NCBI GenBank assembly: GCA_002269645.1
Contig: NIVC01000029.1
Location: 248,001-312,000, forward strand
DNA from: Macrostomum lignano
Lineage: Eukaryota
Length of the DNA stretch: 64,000 nt
Reading direction: 5' to 3'
Shown here: in pieces, positions 55,396 to 64,000 of the stretch
Position numbering within the stretch: position 1 is the stretch's first letter
Layout of the letters: each line of letters starts with the position of its first letter
Made by a program: the position numbers and the translations under genes
Notes under the pieces: generated by a model
Databases searched by the model: none
Told to the model about the DNA's origin: nothing
The model's input: only the letters and a program-made list of their open reading frames with translations

Positions 55396-58300
55396 CTTGA
55401 GGTGCAGCTCCAGGCTTATTACGTCGAAATCCACGCGGCCTGCGTCGGTAGCTGCCGTCCTCGAACATGAACTCCGCCTGCTGGTCGACTGTCCAGTAGT
55501 GACCTTTTCCAGGACGACCGATGCCTGGAGGAGGCGGCGAAAGCATTCATTCACTCAGATTTCAATACAGTTCAGACTCCACTATAGCCTTATTCTCCTA
55601 GACAAGAGGAAACTGTTTACAATCTAAAGCAAGCACTGAACCGCTACAGTCTGTATAGAATGGAGGAATTGAAAAACCTCTTCAAGTTGTATCGAACCAT
55701 CCATCCGGATTCTAAACGAAAGCTACCACCCTTTCGGCCGGAGATCTTTGTTTTTGGCATTTTAAGTAAATCAGGTAGCCCACTTCAAAACCATCGGAAG
55801 AGATTCTGGGTAGAAGTTGCGGTTTGAGGAAAAACGCGTTTAGACACCGAAGTCCCTCCCGCCAGAATCTGTTTATTTTAACAGCTAATCAATGTAATAA
55901 GGCCAATACAAATCTGTTCTTGGGAAGCAGAACTTCCAGCAGTCTTTTCTTTGGTCGGAACCAGGATAATAAACAGCTGTGGTTGTGGCTGTGGCTTCGG
56001 GGCTGGGGGGGGGGGGGCGTTACTAAGGACCAGATGTCCCGTATCCAACCTCGGGTGTCTTCCCGCCCTGTCTCTGGCATCCTCACTCTTAGGCTAAAAC
56101 TTTGTACAGAGTCACCCTAAGCTAATTGGTACCCCAGAAATTTCTTACAGTGTTTGAAATGTTCATCCATGAGTTTGAAAGCTATAATTAGCGGTGAAGG
56201 TATTCTGTCTGAGTTTTGAAGCTGGAAAACTTCATCGAATTCTTGATTTATCACTCGAGATCTGATCTTCACTATGAGAGTCACTCAAGCTCCCCATCCT
56301 GAGAGTCACTCAAGCTCCCCATCCTGAGAGTCACTCCAGTTCCTCATCCTGAGAATCACTCAAGCTCCCCATCCTGAGAGTCACTCAAGCTCCCCATCCT
56401 GAGAGTCACTCAAGCTCCCCATCCTGAGAGTCACTCAAGCTCCCCATCCTGAGAGTCACTCAAGCTCCCCATCCTGAGAGTCACTCAAGCTCCCCATCCT
56501 GAGAGTCACTCAAGCTCCCCATCCTGAGAGTCACTCAAGCTCCCCATCCTGAGAGTCACTCCAGCTCCTCATCCTGAGAATCACTCCAGCTCGGCCCATC
56601 CTGAGAGTCACTCAAGCTCCCCATCCTGAGAGTCACTCAAGCTCCCCATCCTGAGAATCACTCCATGCTCCCCATCCTGACAGTCACTCAAGCTCCCCAT
56701 CCTGAGAGTCACTCAAGCTCCCCATCCTGAGAGTCACTCAAGCTCCCCATCCTGAGAGTCACTCAAGCTCCCCATCCTGAGAGTCACTCAAGCTCCCCAT
56801 CCTGAGAGTCACTCAAGCTCCCCATCCTGAGAGTCACTCCAGCTCGGCTCATCCTGAGAGTCACTCCAGCTCGGCTCATCCTGAGAGTCACTCCATGCTC
56901 GGCCTCTGAGAACTTCATGATCAGTCCCTGAGAGTCACTCCATGATCAGCCCCTGAGAGTCACTCCGGGGTCAACCACTGAGAGTCACTCCGGGATCAAC
57001 CACTGAGAGTCACTCCGGGATCAACCACTGAGAGTCACTCCATGATCCATGATCAGCCCCTGAGAGTCACTCCGGGATCAACCACTGAGAGTCACTCCGG
57101 GATCAACCACTGAGAGTCACTCCATGATCCATGATCAGCCCCTGAGAGTCACTCCGGGGTCAACCACTAAGAGTCACTCCGGGATCAACCACTGAGAGTC
57201 ACTCCGGGATCAACCACTGAGAGTCACTCCATGATCCATGATCAGCCCCTGAGAGTCACTCCGGGGTCAACCACTGAGAGTCACTCCATGATCAGCCCCT
57301 GAGAGTCACTCCATGATCAGCCCCTGAGAGTCACTCCCGGATCAGTCTCAGTGATCTACATCATCAATATCAATAAGTTCATAAAATCCCATAAAAAATG
57401 TGTGCTACTCACCTTTAGGCAGTTTGATGAAGCACTCATTCAAGGACAGATTGTGTCTGACAGAGTTCTTCCAACCCTGGTATTGGCCGCGAAAGAAAAC
57501 GAAATTATCCTGCAGGTACTGATAGATCTCGGCTAGGGTGCACCGTTTCATTGGCGAAGCTTGAATAGCCATCACGATCAACGCGATGTAGGAGTACGGC
57601 GGCTTCTCCGATCGGCGAATGCCTGCGACTGGAGTTTTTTGTTGGAGTGGAAACCAATTGAAGGAATTATTTTTAATATAGATCTCCTATTTATTTTCCT
57701 TAGAGAAGTCCTCTGTCTCTCCCCTTCATCTGTCTCTGTCTCACCCCTTCATCTGTCTCTGTCTCACCCTTCATCTGTCTCTGTCTCACCCTTCATCTGT
57801 CTCTGTCTCACCCCTTCATCTGTCTTTGTCTCACCCTTCATCTGTCTCTGTCTCACCCCTTCATCTATCTCTGTCTCACCTTTCATCTGTCTCTGTCTCA
57901 CCCTTCATCTGTCTTTGTCTCACCCTTCATCTGTCTCTGTCTCACCCTTCATCTGTCTCTGTCTCACCCCTTCATCTGTCTCTGTCTCACCCTTCATCTG
58001 TCTCTGTCTCACCCCTTCATCTGTCTCTGTCTCACCCTTCATCTGTCTCTGTCTCACCCCTTCATCTGTCTCTGTCTCACCCTTCATCTGTCTCTGTCTC
58101 ACCCTTCATCTGTCTCTGTCTCATCCCTTCATCTGTCTCTGTCTCACCTTTCATCTGTCTCTGTCTCACCCTTCATCTGTCTCTGTCTCACCCCTTCATC
58201 TGTCTCTGTCTCACCCCTTCATCTGTCTCACCCCTTCATCTGTCTCTGTCTCACCCCTTCATCTGTCTCTGTCTCTCCCCTTTATCTGTCTCTATCTCAC

Positions 58301-61300
58301 CCTTCATCTGTCTCTGTCTCACCCTTCATCTGTCTCTGTCTCACCCCTTCATCTGTCTCTGTCTCACCCCTTCATCTGTCTCTGTCTCAGTGTCTCACCC
58401 CTCATCTGTCTCTGTCTCACCCCCTTCATCTCACTCTCTTTGCTCTTCGACTCCCTTAACTCCCTAATCCTTCCATCTTGCTAATCTTCTCATTTGATAT
58501 TGTTCATCGCCAATTCATTAATCAGCCGCATGTAATCTTAGACCAAAGCCTCAAAGTCGCTTCGATTTGTTGCCACGGAAACCCTCACTCACACGATGCC
58601 AAGGCTAATATACATAAATATATTACCAAAGCTATTCTTTATCACCTTAAAACATCTAGCAATACAAAGTCACTGACTTACTGTAGGCATTAAGTTTCAC
58701 AGCTAAACATGAAAAATACATAGCTAAATGCAAACATAAAACCGGCGAATCTCCACAACCTTGAAAATTGACAAACTCGAATCTTCACAAACTCGAATCT
58801 TCACAAACTCGAATCTTCACAAACTCGAATCTTCACAAACTCGAATCTTTACAAACTCTAATATTCACAAACTCATATTCACAAACTGCAATATTCACAA
58901 AATCTAATATTCACAAAATCGAAATCACACAAGCTTTACATAAGAAACTACAAAATACCAGCGTATTTTTATATCTATTTCTTCCAGATTTTAACCATCA
59001 AATTTCGGTTGTCTCTCTTCCCGCCACACGCCGCCCCCGCCCCTCCCCCCCCCTATTAGATGGGAGTCAAAGCGGCAGATGTCTTTTGCTACTATCAGCA
59101 TTTCTGACTAAGCTCCATGGACCACTGCGGGATATTCTGTATAATGAGTAACTTGGATTGGAAACCCACTCGAAAAATCATTACCCCTACAAGCAACTAT
59201 TAAAAACTAATAAAAAAGGCGGTCATCTGCCCCGCTATAATGCTACTGAAAAATGAGTAGCTTTTAGATTACAGGAGCTTATATTTTCGTAGAAATCGAA
59301 ACGAAATTGCCTCCAGTCCAAGATCCATTTTCCAGACGTCCCCAGCTTCAGAGGTCCCCCCAGTTCTTATCTGGCTGCAATTATCTACATATTTTAGAAC
59401 CCCCCCCCCCAAGTTCAGTTTGACGGTGAAATGCTTGAAATTTTCCTCTTTTTTATCTTTTGCATAAATGGCTTCCCGTCCGTTTTGTTTTGCGGGCGGG
59501 GGGGGGGTACGGCGGTCGCCAGTACTGTCGGGAAAAAATGTTGGAATCGAACCCCGGCACAGGTGGATGACTTCAATGGAGGAGCCAGTCCAGCCTTGGG
59601 AGGGCGGCCTCTGTATAGAGTTGCAGGACCCACCACGTTCCCCCCCCCACACACGGAGCGGTCGAGTTAAAACGCGGGAAGACAGGTCGCGCGGGCAGGT
59701 ATAGGACCGAGGTATAAACAGACGGGACCAGATAAAATAATCCCCCCATCAGAGCTTTGTGCATGCGAGCTAAATGATGCAGCGCAACGCAATGCTCCTC
59801 CAGAAAGGGGAGGGGCAGCTGGCGACTTTATCTAATAGCAGTCCCATTCCATGCTGAATATACGGATTATCCGACAGGTAGAATCCTAAAAATCCCCGAA
59901 ATTGCCTACCGGGGGCCCCTGATCCGGTGATGATCCTGACTTTCTGAACGCAAGAAAAATGTGAAATCTATGCAAAAAAGGGCAGAAAAAACTTGATGAA
60001 AAAATTTCTGTAATTCAGGGCGCCAGATCTAAAATGGCACCCACAGAGAGGCGCCAGATCTAAAATTGCAGCCACAGGGAGGCGCCAGATCTAAAATGGC
60101 AGCCACAGAAAGGCGCCAGATCTAAAATGGCACAACAGAAAGGCGCCAGATCTAAAATGGCAACCACAGAAAGGCGCCAGATCTAAAATGGCAGCCACAG
60201 AGAGGCACCAGATCTAAAATGGCAGCCACAGAGAGGCGCCAGATCTAAAATGGCACCTACAGAGAGGCGCCAGATCTAAAATGGCACAACAGAAAGGCGC
60301 CAGATCTAAAATGGCAGCCACAGAAAGGCGCCAGATCTAAAATGGCAGCCACAGAGAGGCGCCAGATCTAAAATGGCACAACAGAAAGGCGCCAGATCTA
60401 AAATGGCACCCACAGAGAGGCGCCAGATCTAAAATGGCACCCACAGAAAGGCGCCAGATCTAAATGACCTCAACGTAGGCCGGATCCCCGTCAGAAATAT
60501 ATCATTGCTCAACCAGCCGCAGGCTACAAAGCGCACCGGGCCAAAGCATAGTCGCAAGCCACAAGCCGAGGTTCCCAAGAGTCTCAAGTTTCATTGCATT
60601 GCACTGGACCAGCCTGACCTGTTGGGCCGCATGGGGCCCTCGATAGTGCCCCGAGTTGGCCTCCCAACCCTATAAATAAATAATTCATGAGAGTTCATTC
60701 AGCAGGAAGTGGTCGACTGAACCTTGGCCTTGCCTTGTCAATATATCTGAATGAGATGCCATTGGAATCGTGCATAGCGTATACAAATCGATTCTCGACA
60801 TGATTTTCACGACACGCAGTTTCATTGAATGGATGCCGTATAGGATGTTAGCTTAACACAACTACAGCTGACGCCAATTCTGCTCATTACGCTGACTCCT
60901 GAGAGTCCTCCGCACTCTATAGACTTTGGCTAGCCAATGAGAATAATGTTTAACAAATATTTCTATTGCCGAGATAAGAAGTTAGAAATTATTTCCACAG
61001 CTGCTTAAACTGCCCTATGGATATCAATTAAGAAATCAGTTAATCAATTCACACCTACAGACATCAATCCACATCTACAGACATCAATCCACATCTACAG
61101 ACATCAATTCACATCTACAGACATCAATTCACATCTACAGACATCAACAATCAACATCTACAGACACCAATCTATCAAAGCCTATTAAACCGTCTCAACA
61201 ACTCACCAGATTTTTTGTCTTTCTCATCCAACAGCAGTGCGTCCCCATCCTCAGCCTCATCCATCAGCTCGTCATCCTGCAGAGCTGCAACGGCAGTGTG

Positions 61301-62534
61301 CATCGAGTCCACGAGTTCGAAACCCTGCTTTGAGTTTTTGTGCTCTGCCAGATGTTGTTGCTGCTGCGGCACCGGCGGCAGCGGAACCAGGATCTGCTGG
61401 TCGCAAAAATGCTGACTACCAAAACTGCTGTCTGAGCTTCGGCCGCAGCTGCTGCCCCCGCCGACTCCGCTGCTGTCCAGGTGAGCAGCAACCGCCGAAC
61501 CTGTTGAGGCTGACGGTGTGACAGGAGGCAGCGGCAGCTGCAACGATCGAGCTTGAAGCTGGTGCTGCTGCTGATGATGCTGCTGATGATGCTGTAGCAA
61601 AGGTGGCGGCGGTGGCGGTGTGTCGTTCCAGTAGATGTGGTGCCCAGCGTCTTCTGCAGCTGCAGGTGATTGCACGTAGCCTGAAGGTGGTTAGAAATCA
61701 ATTTTCAGTGATGCTTTAGTTTATGTGCTATTTAAGATTCTTGTAGGCAAGGTTATCATCGGTAAGAGTCTCAATGGGTGTGAGATTCTCATTGGTAAGA
61801 GTCTCAACTGTGAGATTCTCATAGGAGAGTCTCAATAGATGTGAGATTCTCATATGAGAGAGTCTCAATGGCCTGTGAGATTCTCATGGGGTAAGAGTCT
61901 CAATGGGTGTGAGATTCTCATTGGTAAGAATCTCAATTGTGAGATTCTCATAGGAGAGTCTCAATAGATGTGAGATTCTCATAGGAGAGTCTCAATAGAT
62001 GTGAGATTCTCATATGAGAGAGTCTCAATTGTGAGATTCTCATAGGAGAGTCTCAATAGATGTGAGATTCTCATATGAGAGAGTCTCAATTGTGAGATTC
62101 TCATAGGAGAGTCTCAATAGATGTGAGATTCTCATATGAGAGAGTCTCAATGGCTGTGAGATTCTCATTAGGGTAAGAGTCCCTATGGGTGTGAGATTCT
62201 TATAGGGTAAGAGTCTCCATTGGTGTGAGATTCTCACTGGTAAGAGTCTCTATGGGTGTGAGATTCTAACAGGTAAGAGTCTCGATAGGTGAGATTCTCA
62301 CAGGTAAGAATCTCAACGGGTTGGAGACTCTCATAGATACTCAAAATCTACTTAAATCCATTAAGAATTTGTGCAGACTGCGATTCTTAAACGGATGAAG
62401 GCACTTATAAAGAGTCGCTCACCATGCTGCTGCCGAGTCTGCAGATAGTAGCACTTGCTAGACGCTGTCTCGATGGACACCGCGGAACCATCGCTAGTTG
62501 TTGTCGAGACCGCACTCAGCTGAGCCCCTTGCAT
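54818..62534 (-). CDS. FoxF: Forkhead transcription factor, FoxF class, ~502 aa; exons 62534-62423, 61680-61207, 57628(or 57622)-57413, 55524-54818
   Basis: Spliced domain [105 protein letters not shown] is FoxF-diagnostic. All introns are phase-1 GT-AG and the total is 1509 nt. Exon 1 is inferred. Confidence 0.9.
56275..57345. repeat. 25-bp minisatellite TGAGAGTCACTCAAGCTCCCCATCC grading into a variant unit (FoxF intron 3)
   Basis: Period 25; the unit changes at ~56900. Confidence 0.96.
57710..58430. repeat. 22/23-bp pyrimidine-rich minisatellite CCCTTCATCTGTCTCTGTCTCA (FoxF intron 2)
   Basis: Direct inspection. Confidence 0.96.
58768..58930. repeat. 16-bp repeat TCACAAACTCGAATCT (FoxF intron 2)
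   Basis: Period 16, degenerating rightward. Confidence 0.9.
60018..60465. repeat. 31-bp minisatellite GGCGCCAGATCTAAAATGGCAGCCACAGARA (FoxF intron 2)
   Basis: Period 31, ~14 copies. Confidence 0.95.
61045..61170. repeat. 20-bp repeat ACATCAATYCACATCTACAG (FoxF intron 2)
   Basis: About 6 copies. Confidence 0.9.
61760..62340. repeat. ~30-bp minisatellite GAGAGTCTCAATAGATGTGAGATTCTCATAG (FoxF intron 1)
   Basis: Variable 29-33-bp units. Confidence 0.93.
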
Positions 62535-63249
62535 AATTATTCTATTCAGATTATAAGGGTATATATATACACTAGACCACTGAGTGAAAGTTTATTCCGG
62601 CCTATAGTTCGATTTGTTTGTGTGTGCGAGTGTATATGTGTGTATATATGTTAAAATGTAAGCAGAATGTCTATCTATTCAATGCACTACAGTGTGGTCG
62701 CTGTGTTTAGGCGATAGTCCAGAGTCCAGAGAGAGATTTTGGAGAGTTTACGCACGCGCCAGGTAAACCAAGATAAACAATTGTAAGTGAGAAACTTAAA
62801 TCCGCTCGATGGATGCCGTTTTAGTTTAGAGATTTTTCTGGGGAGAGAGAGAGGAGAGAGTTGGGACTCGTAGTGGTGGCCAACTGGTTTTCACTGGATG
62901 TTTATGTCCAAAGCCCGCTGCCTCGCGTTCGGGGCGAAGGGAGGTTGGGGTTGGGAGGTTGCAGCGGTCTGCTTGCTATTGGCTGCTGTTCCACCCCAGT
63001 TTTTCTTCTTTCGTAAAGGTCCCGCATGCTTGTTTTTTTCGATTCTGAAGTGTTTTAGATAGCCTTCTATTTTATTAATAAATATACAATGCGAATACAT
63101 AATCAGAACTTTGCGATGGTTACCAACTTAATTAGTTTGCATATAACATATTCTAGATTGATGCTTAAATACTTAAACAAATACCCGGACTTTTCCCCAG
63201 CGTTAACTTCATTATTTTTGGTTCTAATTTGGTTTCCTATTTTCTTCAC

Positions 63250-63778
63250 TGGCCGATTTCATTATTGATTTTCATTCTTCACTTGTGGATTTCATTATTT
63301 ATTTTCATTCTTCATTTGTGGATTTCATTATTGATTTTCATTCTTTACTTGTGAATTTCATTATTGATTTTCATTCTTCATTTGTGGATTTCATTATTGA
63401 TTTTCATTCTTCACTTGTGAATTTCATTATTGATTTTCATTCTTCATTTGTGGATTTCATTATTGATTTTCATTCTTCATTCTTCGCTTGTGGGTTTTAT
63501 TATCGATTTTCATTCTTCATTCTTCACTTGTGGATTTCATTATCAATTTTCATTCTTCACTTGTGGATTTCATTATCGATTTTTATTCTTCATTCTTCAC
63601 TTGTGGATTTCATTATTTATTTTCATTCTTCATTCTTCGCTTGTGGATTTCATTATCGATTTTCATGCTTCATTCTTCACTTGTGGATTTCATTATCGAT
63701 TTTCATGCTTCATTTTTTTACTTGTGGATTTCATTATCGAATTTTATTCTTCATTCTTCACTTGTGGATTTCATTAAC
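63250..63778. repeat. 33/40-bp AT-rich minisatellite GATTTCATTATYGATTTTCATTCTTCACTTGTG
   Basis: Direct inspection; explains ORFs 63285-63868. Confidence 0.93.
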
Positions 63779-64000
63779 CTCTTCGTTCCTCACTTATGTC
63801 TATCTCGACTTGCCGAACATAAGCTACAATGGATGGCAATTCCGTTGAAGAACATCTGGAGCCACTGAGCTGAATTGACACAGCACAAACCATTGCGTTA
63901 CAACATCCTGACCTGCAGGTCCAGAGGCAACTGCTTCTTGTTCGCCGAAGAGGGCTACCGGAGGCCTACACTGTAATTTTAAAAGGTCCGAAAAAGGGTC

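Noticed and set aside
59480-59620. B-box-like GGGGTTCGATTCC on the - strand
   Set aside because: No A-box or cloverleaf could be built; at most a SINE relic.
63790-64000. GC-richer, exon-like sequence at the window edge
   Set aside because: No frame gives a recognisable protein, and it is truncated by the window.

Overview
Eukaryotic, intron-containing and very repeat-rich animal DNA. A free-living flatworm such as Macrostomum is my guess from the RTE family and the repeat-filled introns; this is inference only. Most ORF-track entries are simple-repeat artefacts or exon fragments. Reading GT-AG splice sites by hand gives five gene models that all close in frame. (1) A secreted/GPI-type Xaa-Pro aminopeptidase lies in an ~9-10 kb tandem duplication: copy 2 (12675-15077, -) is intact at 691 aa and copy 1 (2907-5981, -) is frameshifted. 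(2) An 8-exon Rab6 (21675-33639, -) has an intron 5 holding Gypsy-gag, CACTA and Crypton (tyrosine recombinase) remnants. (3) A 6-exon SLC16/MCT-like MFS transporter (38085-42246, +). (4) A 3-exon orphan protein with a single HxK...TSAN PLD-like nuclease motif (46938-51233, +). (5) A 4-exon FoxF (54818-62534, -). Most notable are the orphan PLD-like gene, introns built largely from different minisatellites, a 2.7-kb satellite that grew from the interior of a hAT-type MITE family present at several expansion stages, and a Crypton with an intact catalytic set but a broken frame.
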